A stretch of 41,614 nt of DNA from an uncultured Clostridia bacterium (GCA_947626235.1 CANQRI010000002.1:1-41614); one strand, 5' to 3'; positions 29,412-38,584 are shown, counted from the first letter of the stretch. Numbers and translations are program-made. Notes: generated by a model from the sequence alone, not told the origin.

Positions 29412-29903
29412 ATGGTAGAAAAATTTAAAGCTAAACTTCAAAAGGCACGGGAAGAATACTTAAACCTTTATCAAACTTATTGTTCCTCATATGTTTTAGC
29501 TATTAAATTTTTAGTAAACGGTTGCAACAACGGGTTAGTTCACATCATTATTGAGGCTTCTCCTAAAATGAAAAATGATATTTTAACTGATGAATCTTTT
29601 TTCAAAGAAATTTTAGGAAATCTACCGTATGATTTAGAAGAGATTGAGGACATCATTAATTATTGTTTTGATACTTTTAAAAATAATAATAAACATGTTC
29701 TAACTCCTATAATTCCTTATTCAGTTTATTCTCACTTTCTTAAAAACGGTGGCGTTACAGCTGAAAACTTTATTAATTTAATTGAAGATTGCGTGATTAA
29801 CAATGATTTTTCAATTATGAAAAATGGTTTCGGCTTGCGTATTGTTTTTTTTGAAAGAAATAATGTTAATGTTTTCCGTTCATACGAAAATCCAGCTGTT
29901 TAG
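29412..29903 (+). CDS. hypothetical protein (163 aa)
   Basis: AAGGAGGT RBS, fills the gap between murF and tatD, ends in a terminator hairpin; no family recognised. Confidence 0.8.
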   Translation: MVEKFKAKLQKAREEYLNLYQTYCSSYVLAIKFLVNGCNNGLVHIIIEASPKMKNDILTDESFFKEILGNLPYDLEEIEDIINYCFDTFKNNNKHVLTPIIPYSVYSHFLKNGGVTAENFINLIEDCVINNDFSIMKNGFGLRIVFFERNNVNVFRSYENPAV

Positions 29904-29913
29904 CTGGATTTTC
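29886..29913. terminator. likely bidirectional intrinsic terminator
   Basis: GAAAATCCAGCT-GTTT-AGCTGGATTTTC perfect 12-bp stem between convergent genes. Confidence 0.75.
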
Positions 29914-29922
29914 TGTTATATT

Positions 29923-29972
29923 GACATTTATTAACGTCTGTCCCTAAATTCCGGAATTTTAGAACCGTCCCC
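29923..29972 (-). repeat. REP-like element family A, copy 3, overlaps tatD stop
   Basis: GGGGACGGTTCTAAAATTCCGGAATTTAGGGACAGACGTT-AATA-AATGTC on minus strand. Confidence 0.9.
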
Positions 29973-30766
29973 TATATATTAAAAATTTTACAAGCATTTT
30001 CATATGTTGCTTTTGCAACTTTTTCTAATTCCATATTTTTATATTCTGCTATTTTTTGTGCTATATATTTTACATTTCTACAGTCGTTTCTAGTGCCACG
30101 TTTTGGTTCTGGAGCTAAATATGGACTGTCTGTTTCTATTAATATTTTTTCTATTGGAACCATTTTTACTATTTCTTCTGCGTTTTTTGAGTTTTTAAAT
30201 GTTATTGGCCCTGCAAATGAAATGTAAAACCCTAAATTTAAGGCTTGCTTTACTAATTCTCTATTTAGTGGGCAACAATGAAATACTCCCACTTTATTTG
30301 CTTTGCATTTATTTTTTAATATGTCTATTGTGTCATCTACCGCTTCTCTTGTGTGTATTACTATTGGTAGATTATATTCATTTGCAAGTTCTATTTGTTT
30401 AATAAACATTGCTTTTTGTATTTCTTTATTTTCTTTGTTCCAATAATAGTCTAAACCTATTTCCCCTATTGCCACTATTTTTCCCTGTTCTTTTTTACAT
30501 AGCTGTTTAAGCATATTCTCTATTTCTGCTATATTACTATCTATTTGAGTTTCACTTTCAGGTACATCATTTGGTGATATGCCTATTATTGAATAAATAA
30601 ATTTGTGTTTGCTTGATAACTCTATACTTAATTTTGAAGATGGAATATCATAACCTGCACATACTATTTTTGTTATTCCATCTTCATATGTTTCTTTTAT
30701 TATTTGTTCTCTATCTTCATTGAATTTTTCATCATTATAATGTGAATGTGAATCAAAAAATTCCAC
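29972..30766 (-). CDS. tatD: TatD family deoxyribonuclease/hydrolase
   Basis: DSHSH, AIGEIGLDYY, IHTREA, FHCC, ETDSPYLAP motifs; GTG start with AAGGAG RBS. Confidence 0.93.
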   Translation of the reverse strand: MEFFDSHSHYNDEKFNEDREQIIKETYEDGITKIVCAGYDIPSSKLSIELSSKHKFIYSIIGISPNDVPESETQIDSNIAEIENMLKQLCKKEQGKIVAIGEIGLDYYWNKENKEIQKAMFIKQIELANEYNLPIVIHTREAVDDTIDILKNKCKANKVGVFHCCPLNRELVKQALNLGFYISFAGPITFKNSKNAEEIVKMVPIEKILIETDSPYLAPEPKRGTRNDCRNVKYIAQKIAEYKNMELEKVAKATYENACKIFNI

Positions 30767-30855
30767 TTTACTTCTCCTTTTTGTTATGACTTTTTTTCTT
30801 TTTACGTGTACTTTTTATTGTACTTTTTTGCACCTTTTTTGTTGCTCTTTTTTAT

Positions 30856-31224
30856 TTATTTTATTATTACACAATTTGCTACTGCATAGTCCTTTAAATG
30901 TGATAAACTTACGTCTATTTGCATATCTGGGTTAATTTCTATTCCTACAAAATTTACTTGTGGTTTACCATTTTTATCATTTAATATTTCTATGTTTTTC
31001 CACTCTAAGTCATATTTGTTTTCTAAAAGTTCTGACATTGCTTTGAATACCGCTTCTTTTCCTGCGAACCTTGCAGCATAATGCTGATATTTCATATTAT
31101 TTTTGCTTTCGCAGTATTCTATTTCTTTTTGAGAAAATACTCTATTTACAAACTCTGGATGACCTTCTATGCTTTTTTGTATTCTAGCAACTTCTATAAT
31201 ATCTATACCACATTTTCCTTGCAT
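30856..31224 (-). CDS. acpS: holo-[acyl-carrier-protein] synthase
   Basis: GIDIIE..RI, ARFAGKEAVFKA, GKP, VSLSH..DYAVA motifs. Confidence 0.95.
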   Translation of the reverse strand: MQGKCGIDIIEVARIQKSIEGHPEFVNRVFSQKEIEYCESKNNMKYQHYAARFAGKEAVFKAMSELLENKYDLEWKNIEILNDKNGKPQVNFVGIEINPDMQIDVSLSHLKDYAVANCVIIK

Positions 31225-31315
31225 TGTTTTCCCCTAATTCTTTTAACTTTATAATTTTCTTAACTTATTATATTTTCTTGTGTGCATATATTATATGCTT
31301 TTGTGCATTTTAAAC

Positions 31316-32542
31316 TTATTGTAATAGCGTTATTGCTATATTAGCTACATTTACTATTATTAATATAATTATTAAAGCAAGTATTATATGATGCCCTTTT
31401 ATTGTTCTATTTATGTTTAATTCTTTGTATATTAGGTCATATTCTGTTTTTATTTGCTCATATAATGATTTTACTTTTAATATTTTTAATAATTTTTCAT
31501 ATAACATACTGCCTTCTACATCATTTGTTATTTCTTGATTATATATAGTTTTTGTAATTTCCATAAATTTTTGCTTCATCTTTTTTATGTTCTTCGTTTT
31601 TGTGAATTCTATTACTACCTTTTTTAAATATATTTTTTGATATAAGGCTAATATGTATGTATATAAATATTCATTTTCAAACTTGAATGGTAGCTTTGTA
31701 TAATTTTCTGTGTTTGTTTCTGATGCCATAAGTACTACTGCTTGTTTAGATAAACCAAATTTAACGTTTTTTAGTGTTTCTACTGTTTCTATATTATTTC
31801 TTTCTTCTTCAAAGTTTATGTGGGCAGTGCTTGGCATTACATCAGCAAATTTTATAAATGCATTTTTTACGTTTTCAAAACTTTCTTCGTCTTTCCATTT
31901 TTCTGCTTCTATGCACATGTATGAAAATGTTAAAAATCTTTCATCGTCTATGTTTAATTCTTTTATATCTTTATTGTTTCCTTCTATTTCTTTTACTATT
32001 TCTTCTAAAGTACTTATATCTTTAAGAGAATTGGTTTGTATTCGTATGTTTTCATAGTCCTTTAAATTTTTGATGCTCGCATTTATGTCTCGAAATTTGT
32101 AGTTAAAGTTTAGAACATCTTCAATTTTGGGCTCACCATCTAATATGGTTTTAAATACTATAAAGCATATTCCTGAATTAAAACATACTATTTCAATTTT
32201 TCTTATTTCAAAAAATATACCGTTTTCCATTCCTATTTTTGCTTGCATTTGATTTTCTATTTTATATTCAAATATTGTACATTCTTCTTTTGATAATATT
32301 GTGCTTTTCATGCTGTCATCAAATTCATTTAGCTTTTCTAATTTTTCTTTGGTTAAGCCAAATGGCCAAAATAAGTATTTTCTTATTTTAGGTAAGAAAT
32401 ATGTATATATATTTAATTCTTTTTCTTTTTCCAATATTTTTAATGAACAATTTTTATTTTTTAGTAACCTTAATAAATGCTGACTATATTTTCGTTCATC
32501 TACTATATATGGATGAATAAAATAAGAATATTGATATTTCAT
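31316..32542 (-). CDS. hypothetical protein with C-terminal transmembrane helix (weakly CorA-like architecture)
   Basis: 408-aa ORF, GAAAGGA RBS, soluble domain then helical region and C-terminal hydrophobic segment; function not recognised. Confidence 0.75.
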   Translation of the reverse strand: MKYQYSYFIHPYIVDERKYSQHLLRLLKNKNCSLKILEKEKELNIYTYFLPKIRKYLFWPFGLTKEKLEKLNEFDDSMKSTILSKEECTIFEYKIENQMQAKIGMENGIFFEIRKIEIVCFNSGICFIVFKTILDGEPKIEDVLNFNYKFRDINASIKNLKDYENIRIQTNSLKDISTLEEIVKEIEGNNKDIKELNIDDERFLTFSYMCIEAEKWKDEESFENVKNAFIKFADVMPSTAHINFEEERNNIETVETLKNVKFGLSKQAVVLMASETNTENYTKLPFKFENEYLYTYILALYQKIYLKKVVIEFTKTKNIKKMKQKFMEITKTIYNQEITNDVEGSMLYEKLLKILKVKSLYEQIKTEYDLIYKELNINRTIKGHHIILALIIILIIVNVANIAITLLQ

Positions 32543-32614
32543 TTGTTTTCCTTTCTTGATTTTCTTATGTGTTTTGCTTTATTTTATGTACATACTTGCG
32601 CTATTTAATATAAT

Positions 32615-34129
32615 TTATTTCGTATAATAATTTGCATTTATATCTTCAGCTAAATGCCAGCTTCCAATGAAGTCTATTACTAAATTGTTTGTTAAGTCAT
32701 ATGTTGGCTCTACTACTACTTTTCCATTTTGATCTATACAGCCCCATTTTCCGTCTTTTTTTACTGCTACATATCCATAATTATTTTGCTCTGTTGCGTC
32801 ATCATATATGTAATCTACAACTACTATTCCTTTTTCGTTTGTATAGCCATATTTCCCATTTTCTTTCTTTAGGAATAGTGTATTTTCTTTTAATATGTCT
32901 GTGTTTTCTCTTTCTTGTAATGATAAATTGTAATATTTGTATTTATCATCTTCTCTTACTTTTATATAACCTCTATCTATATTTATTTCTGAAATTATTC
33001 CTTTTACTTTAACTGCTAGGTCTCTATCTAATAATTCTGTTTCATAATTTCCTGTTTCTGCTTGTATAAAGCCTGCTTCTGATGAATAACTTAAATATGT
33101 GTATTTGAATTCTAGCTTTTCTTCATTTGCAAGGTTTATTATTCCATATTTGCCTTCCTTTTTTGCTATGTAGTATTCTGAAAATGCATATTTTAAGTCT
33201 TCATATTGTGTAGCTACCTTTTCTTCTCCAGTTTTTGCTACAATTCCATATTTACCTGCTTTTTTTACTACTATATTATCTACATTTATTTCTTTCACTT
33301 CTTCAAATTTTCCTTCTAAAAATGTATTTCCCTCTTTATCTACTACTTTTGATGCGCCATTTTCTGTAACAACATACATGTTATTTCCATATACATTTGC
33401 TATCTTTTCGTATTTTGGCTCTAATACTATTTCTTTATTATAGCTTATAACCCCATATTTCCCTTCTGCATTTTCTACTATAAATCCATCTTCGTATTTG
33501 TTTGTAAGTGATGTTATTGTTTTATAATTATTTTCTATTATTACTTTGCCAAAACAGTCTACTGCACCTTTATTTCCATTTTTTGTTGTTATTAATATAT
33601 TTTTGGTTCCTATTAGTGGAGTTATATCGTCATACTCACATTCAAGTATGCTTTTTCCGCTTAAGTCTATTAAACCATATTTTCCATCTTTTTGTACTTT
33701 TAATGTGTTTTCTTCGTACCATATATTGTTATTTGCATCATTATTTGCTATTGCTTCTACTTTTTGATATTCTGGAAATAATGTTTCATTTTTTTCGTTT
33801 ACTGCTTTAGAACTGAATTCACCTGTACTGTAGTTTGTATCATATACACATATAAATACTTTTTTTGAATTATCTGGTATTGTTATCATTTCATCATATT
33901 GTGGCTCTATAACTGTATTTCCTTTTGTGTCTATAACTCCCCATTTGTTGTTTTCATATATTGTATAATATGCTGTTGCAAAGTTTTTATTTGATAATGA
34001 ATTTCCTCCATTTAATAAATCTATTATTAAAAATATAAACATTATTATTACTGCAAAAGCTATTGCTACAGCAAAAACTTTTTTTATATTTAGCTTTGGT
34101 TCGTTGTCATATCTCTTTCCTCTACTCAT
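32615..34129 (-). CDS. WG-repeat-containing membrane-anchored protein
   Basis: N-terminal TM; repeated K(W/Y)G.ID..G..V+EP.YD units. Confidence 0.88.
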   Translation of the reverse strand: MSRGKRYDNEPKLNIKKVFAVAIAFAVIIMFIFLIIDLLNGGNSLSNKNFATAYYTIYENNKWGVIDTKGNTVIEPQYDEMITIPDNSKKVFICVYDTNYSTGEFSSKAVNEKNETLFPEYQKVEAIANNDANNNIWYEENTLKVQKDGKYGLIDLSGKSILECEYDDITPLIGTKNILITTKNGNKGAVDCFGKVIIENNYKTITSLTNKYEDGFIVENAEGKYGVISYNKEIVLEPKYEKIANVYGNNMYVVTENGASKVVDKEGNTFLEGKFEEVKEINVDNIVVKKAGKYGIVAKTGEEKVATQYEDLKYAFSEYYIAKKEGKYGIINLANEEKLEFKYTYLSYSSEAGFIQAETGNYETELLDRDLAVKVKGIISEINIDRGYIKVREDDKYKYYNLSLQERENTDILKENTLFLKKENGKYGYTNEKGIVVVDYIYDDATEQNNYGYVAVKKDGKWGCIDQNGKVVVEPTYDLTNNLVIDFIGSWHLAEDINANYYTK

Positions 34130-34165
34130 CTTTTTACCTTCCTTAATATTTTATTTTTCTATGTT

Positions 34166-34194
34166 ACTATATCATTTTTTGCATATTTTTACAA
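34166..34194 (-). promoter_or_regulatory. sigA-type promoter for the WG-repeat gene
   Basis: TTGTAA-17 nt-TATAGT with extended -10 TG. Confidence 0.5.
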
Positions 34195-34201
34195 GATTTT
34201 T

Positions 34202-34230
34202 TTGCAATTATTGTAATTCTGTGCTATAAT
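34202..34230 (+). promoter_or_regulatory. sigA-type promoter for the sigma factor gene
   Basis: TTGCAA-17 nt-TATAAT with extended -10 TG. Confidence 0.65.
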
Positions 34231-34293
34231 TTTAAGGCTAATCATTTTTATATTTTAAATTTTAATTAAAATTTATTATACGGAGGATTAATT

Positions 34294-35106
34294 ATGGATA
34301 ATGCTGTTAGTAATGTGACTGACCGGAATGAAATGATTTTAAATAATATGGGGCTTGCTATTAGTATAACAAATTCGTTTTATTTAACTAGACCTTCTAC
34401 TTCAGATGATTTTAATGATTTACTTTCTATTGCTGTATTGGGACTCATATCGGCAGTTGATACTTTTGATGCTTCTAGGAATATATGTTTTTCAAGTTAC
34501 GCATGTGAATGCATTAAAAATTCTTTAAGGCAATACTATAGAAGGGCTAACCGTGATAAATCCCATGTTGTTTGCTCTTTAGATGATTGTATTGGTTATC
34601 ATAAAGATGGCGACCCAAAAATTCGCGAAGAATATGTTCCCTCTGATGTTAATATTGAAAATAGCTTTTTAGAAAGAAATGAATTTTCTCGGTGCGTTAA
34701 TATTGTTTTAAATACTTTTAGCTCACTAAAAAAGGTTGTCTTTTTATATCATCTCTCGTGTACTTATCAATACGAAATGGCAGATATTCTTGGGCTTTCC
34801 CAGTCCTATATGTCAAGATTAATAAAAAGTAGCGAAAAGAAACTTAAATCTTTATACAATTCACGCCTTTTTAAAGAATGTGGAAAATACTTTTTTCAAA
34901 TATTAAGCAATGATTCGTATTTATTTAGAATTTATTTGCCAAGTATTGAAATTTGTATTAAGACCGAAAGAGTTTCTAGTGCATTAACTAACTTACTTTA
35001 TTATAAGTTTAATAAAACTGCACATTACTCTGAATTTGTGCTTCCAAAAGGTAAGGATTCTTTTTTCGCTATTGCATGCATTGTTCATGAGTTGGAATTG
35101 AATTAA
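34294..35106 (+). CDS. sigma-70 family alternative sigma factor (SigE/SigK-like regions 2 and 4) with C-terminal extension
   Basis: GGAGG RBS; region 2 DLLSIAVLGLISAVDTFD..RN..FSSYA..CIKN; region 4 QYEMADILGLSQSYMSRL. Confidence 0.88.
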   Translation: MDNAVSNVTDRNEMILNNMGLAISITNSFYLTRPSTSDDFNDLLSIAVLGLISAVDTFDASRNICFSSYACECIKNSLRQYYRRANRDKSHVVCSLDDCIGYHKDGDPKIREEYVPSDVNIENSFLERNEFSRCVNIVLNTFSSLKKVVFLYHLSCTYQYEMADILGLSQSYMSRLIKSSEKKLKSLYNSRLFKECGKYFFQILSNDSYLFRIYLPSIEICIKTERVSSALTNLLYYKFNKTAHYSEFVLPKGKDSFFAIACIVHELELN

Positions 35107-35120
35107 TTCCTATTTAATGA

Positions 35121-35192
35121 GCGGGGTTAAATTACTTAACCCCGCCCTAATTTGTCCCATTTGTCTCAGTTGGGGACTGTCCCCAACTGAGA
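35121..35192. repeat. composite REP-like double palindrome between convergent sigma gene and spoIIE
   Basis: GCGGGGTTAA-ATTAC-TTAACCCCGC (35121-35145), tandem TTTGTCCCA TTTGTCTCA, and TCTCAGTTGGGGAC-T-GTCCCCAACTGAGA (35164-35192). Confidence 0.85.
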
Positions 35193-37811
35193 AGTTGATG
35201 ATATTTTGGCTACCATAACGGTCATATCGTCTTTTGGTTTTCCATAGCAATTGTCTATTGCTTCTTTTAAGATTATATCTGCTATTTTTTGACTATCTTC
35301 TGTTTGTATTTCTTCTAATAAAAATTGTAGCCATAGTTCTTTATTGGTGTATTGTGTGGTGGATTCTAGCACACCATCACTGCACATTACTATTATGTCT
35401 CCATCATTTAGGTCTTTATCATATACTACTAAGTCTATATCATTCATTATGCCTGTTGGTAATGATATTGATTTTAATATTTCTACATTTCTTTTATTTT
35501 TTATAAATGTTGGGCATGCCCCGTTTTTTATGAATTCTAATTTTTTTGCATATAGGTCTAGTATTGAAATGTCTAGTGTTGAATACATTTCGCCATCTTC
35601 TGCCATGTTTAGCGTTGAGTTTATTAACCTTAATGATGTGTCTTTGTCAAAGCCTGATGATAATAGCTTTTCTAGCATTGCTATTGCCATTTTGCTGTTT
35701 TTCCTTGCTTTTTGACCAGAACCCATTCCATCACTTATTGCTAATAAGTATTTTCCGTCTTCTAACCTTGTTTGAATACTTGTGTCACCAGACATTTTTG
35801 AGTCTGCTTTTGTTATTTTGGCTACCCCTATGCTTATTTTTTGTAGGTCATCTGATATGAATTCGTAGCTACATGTTGGTTTGTTTAACCTTAAGCCACA
35901 TTCTTGCTTTTGCAATATTACTTCTTGACCGATTGCTTTTGATATTGCTTTTGACATTTTTTTGATGTCACATACAGGCTTGTCCACATTTTTACATATG
36001 TCTGTGTATAGTGTGACTTGCATTCTGCCACTTTTCATTTTTCTTATGCTTATATTTTTTATTTCAATACTTCTTTGTTCTAGTAATATTCTTATTTCTT
36101 CTTTTTCTGCTTCAAATTCATTGCTTTCTTCTTTTGTATTTTCTTCTATTTCGTTTGCTAAATTTCCTATTGCTTTTGATACTTCTTCTAATTGGCTTGA
36201 TACTACTTTTTTGTTTTCGTCTATTTTCTTTTTCCATATGAAGCTTAGCTTGCTTACTCTATATGCATCATTTATTGTTTTTACTATTTGCATTATATCT
36301 TTGTCTATTTCAGTGTTTACCTTATTTTCTATACTGCTCTTTACTTCTCCTTCTTCCGTTATTTTACTGTCAATGCTTTCTGCTTCAAAGCCTAATATGT
36401 AGTTGTTGTGTGCCGCAAATACATTTATTAAGTCTTGCTTGTTTATTTCTTCTTTATTTAATAATATGTTGAATATATCTTCTATTATTGTGTTTTGCTT
36501 TTGGTTTTCTTCCTTTTCATATATTGATTTTGTCCCATCAATTTCATTTAAATCTTGAAAATATAAATCATCGAATAGTATATTTTCCTCTAAACCTTCT
36601 AAACTATTTTCTAATTCTTTTTGGAAAATTTTTAAGTTTTCTAATTCTTGTTTTTGTAATTCTTCTTCGTCTACTATGGTTGCTGCTGCCTCTTTATATG
36701 TTTTTGCTATTTGAGAAATTGTTTCAGACATACTGTTTAGTTTATATATTGTATCTTTGTTTTCTTCTAAGTTCCTATCAAAGGTTTCTGGTAGTAATGG
36801 TGTGTTTGGGTACATGTCTTGTATGTTTATTTTTATATTTTTTGGTACTGCTAAAAGCCCAATTGATGCTATTAATATTTCTTGAAATACTATTAAGTTT
36901 GATGTGTTTCCGTTTGCTACGTATGAAAGTATTATATTTCCTATTATGAACCCTAATATTACACCTATTTTACCAAATTTACTAAATATTCCTGCTATCA
37001 TTCCAGAAATTGCATAGGTGGCAACAAGTGTTGGCTCTCCATCGGCTATTATGCCTATTACTGCCCCTATTGTAACACCACTGCTAGCTCCTACTAATAT
37101 CCCGTTTTTCCAACCCATTATTAATACTATTAGTATGCACAAAATATTTCTTAATGAATATCCAAATATTGATGTATCACCTAATGCTGTTATTGCTATT
37201 GCTATAAGTAAACTTGCCCCCATAACTTCTTCTACGGAATAGGCTTGTTTACTGCCTATGTTTGTTAATACTGTTATTGAATTTACAAATATTTTATAAA
37301 ATACAAATGCACATATACTATATATTGTTGCTAGTAGTACGTCATACATTAATAGTATGTCAATGCCTTGGAATACTAACATTAAAATTTGAATTGAAAT
37401 GCATGAGAAAAATACTCTAAAACCTAATTTACGCTTTTCGTTTGAATCTTCTTCGTAGCGTGGAGGCTTTATTAATATTCCTACTAATAATACTAATAGT
37501 GTTAATACAAAATATAATACGCTTTGCCCTCCAAATGCTATCCAGGTGCCTACTACGGTAATTATGCTTAATACTCCTATTGGTTTGCAATTACTTAAAA
37601 CTGCCGCAATAACTGCTATTCCAAATGGTGCTAAGTTACTATCTCCACCTATACATACAAAAGAAAGCATAAAAGATATTATATATAATATTATTTGCTT
37701 TTTTGTAAAACTATTTTCTATTATCTCTTTTATTCTCGTTTTTCTATTTAATTCAACATCCTCATCTAGATTTTGATTGTCTTCAAAATCTTTTGATATA
37801 TTTTGAAACAT
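35166..37811 (-). CDS. spoIIE: stage II sporulation protein E (membrane PP2C phosphatase)
   Basis: Multi-TM N-terminus, central coiled region, SDGMGSG, KNGACPTF, SDGV, DDMTV PP2C motifs; GAGGTGG RBS favours ATG 37811 over GTG 37820. Confidence 0.92.
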   Translation of the reverse strand: MFQNISKDFEDNQNLDEDVELNRKTRIKEIIENSFTKKQIILYIISFMLSFVCIGGDSNLAPFGIAVIAAVLSNCKPIGVLSIITVVGTWIAFGGQSVLYFVLTLLVLLVGILIKPPRYEEDSNEKRKLGFRVFFSCISIQILMLVFQGIDILLMYDVLLATIYSICAFVFYKIFVNSITVLTNIGSKQAYSVEEVMGASLLIAIAITALGDTSIFGYSLRNILCILIVLIMGWKNGILVGASSGVTIGAVIGIIADGEPTLVATYAISGMIAGIFSKFGKIGVILGFIIGNIILSYVANGNTSNLIVFQEILIASIGLLAVPKNIKINIQDMYPNTPLLPETFDRNLEENKDTIYKLNSMSETISQIAKTYKEAAATIVDEEELQKQELENLKIFQKELENSLEGLEENILFDDLYFQDLNEIDGTKSIYEKEENQKQNTIIEDIFNILLNKEEINKQDLINVFAAHNNYILGFEAESIDSKITEEGEVKSSIENKVNTEIDKDIMQIVKTINDAYRVSKLSFIWKKKIDENKKVVSSQLEEVSKAIGNLANEIEENTKEESNEFEAEKEEIRILLEQRSIEIKNISIRKMKSGRMQVTLYTDICKNVDKPVCDIKKMSKAISKAIGQEVILQKQECGLRLNKPTCSYEFISDDLQKISIGVAKITKADSKMSGDTSIQTRLEDGKYLLAISDGMGSGQKARKNSKMAIAMLEKLLSSGFDKDTSLRLINSTLNMAEDGEMYSTLDISILDLYAKKLEFIKNGACPTFIKNKRNVEILKSISLPTGIMNDIDLVVYDKDLNDGDIIVMCSDGVLESTTQYTNKELWLQFLLEEIQTEDSQKIADIILKEAIDNCYGKPKDDMTVMVAKISSTSQLGTVPN

Positions 37812-38018
37812 CCTTACCACCTCTTACTTTTTTTATTATGCTTTTATTGTAGTACAAGCTTTGTTAATTATTTGTCGATTTTGCTCCCATAATAAAAAAA
37901 GTTTTTTACAACTTGTGATATTTTTTTCTATTATTTTTCTCTTTTTCTTTTATTTTTTATCTCTTTTGTGAATAACTTACTATATTTTATCGTATAATGG
38001 TAGAAAATACAAGTGTTT

Positions 38019-38070
38019 AAAATAAAAAATAAGCATAGCGCTCAATTTGTGCTGTGCTTATTTTTATTTT
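38019..38070 (-). terminator. intrinsic terminator after yqeY
   Basis: AAAAATAAGCATAGCGC...GTGCTGTGCTTATTTTT inverted repeat with A/T tails just past the stop. Confidence 0.6.
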
Positions 38071-38077
38071 CCTTCTT

Positions 38078-38518
38078 TTAGGCTAATTTTTCTTTTACTA
38101 TTTCGTTTATTGTTTTTCCGTCTGCTGCTGCACCTATTTTTTCTTTAGCTGATTTCATTACCATTCCCATGTCTTTCATTGATGTTGCACCAACTTCTTT
38201 TATAACTTCTTCTACTATTTTTTCTATTTCTTCTTTGCTTAATGGTTTTGGTAAATATTCTGCTAATATTGCTATTTCTCCATTTACTTGATCTATTAAG
38301 TCTTGTCTTCCACTTTTCTCATAGTCTGGTAATGAGTCTTTTCTCTTTTTAGATTCTTTTGCTATTATTTCTATTATTTGCTCATCATTTAGCTCTATTT
38401 TTTTGTCCTTTTCTACTTGCAATATTGCTGCTCTTACCATTTGAATTACATTTTTCCTTAGTACATTTTTCTCTTTCATAGATTCTTTCATGTCCTCTAA
38501 TAATTTTTCTTTTAACAT
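38078..38518 (-). CDS. yqeY: GatB/YqeY domain protein
   Basis: LKEKLLEDMKESMK, KKRKDS...GRQDL, YLPKPLS, MKDMGMVM, ADGK; directly downstream of rpsU. Confidence 0.93.
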   Translation of the reverse strand: MLKEKLLEDMKESMKEKNVLRKNVIQMVRAAILQVEKDKKIELNDEQIIEIIAKESKKRKDSLPDYEKSGRQDLIDQVNGEIAILAEYLPKPLSKEEIEKIVEEVIKEVGATSMKDMGMVMKSAKEKIGAAADGKTINEIVKEKLA

Positions 38519-38543
38519 ATTAAATCCCTTTCCTTTCTTTTTT

Positions 38544-38580
38544 GTCTGTCCCTAATTTCCGGATTTTTAGAACCGTCCCC
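38544..38580 (-). repeat. REP-like element family A, copy 4 (core only) between rpsU and yqeY
   Basis: GGGGACGGTTCTAAAAATCCGGAAATTAGGGACAGAC on minus strand. Confidence 0.88.
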
Positions 38581-38584
38581 AAAC

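Noticed and set aside
30781-30855. Degenerate 11-12-bp T-rich tandem units between acpS and tatD
   Set aside because: Low complexity and poorly conserved; explicable by slippage in AT-rich DNA.
14396-38580. Repeats as a CRISPR array
   Set aside because: Copies are kilobases apart with no regular repeat-spacer period and no cas genes.
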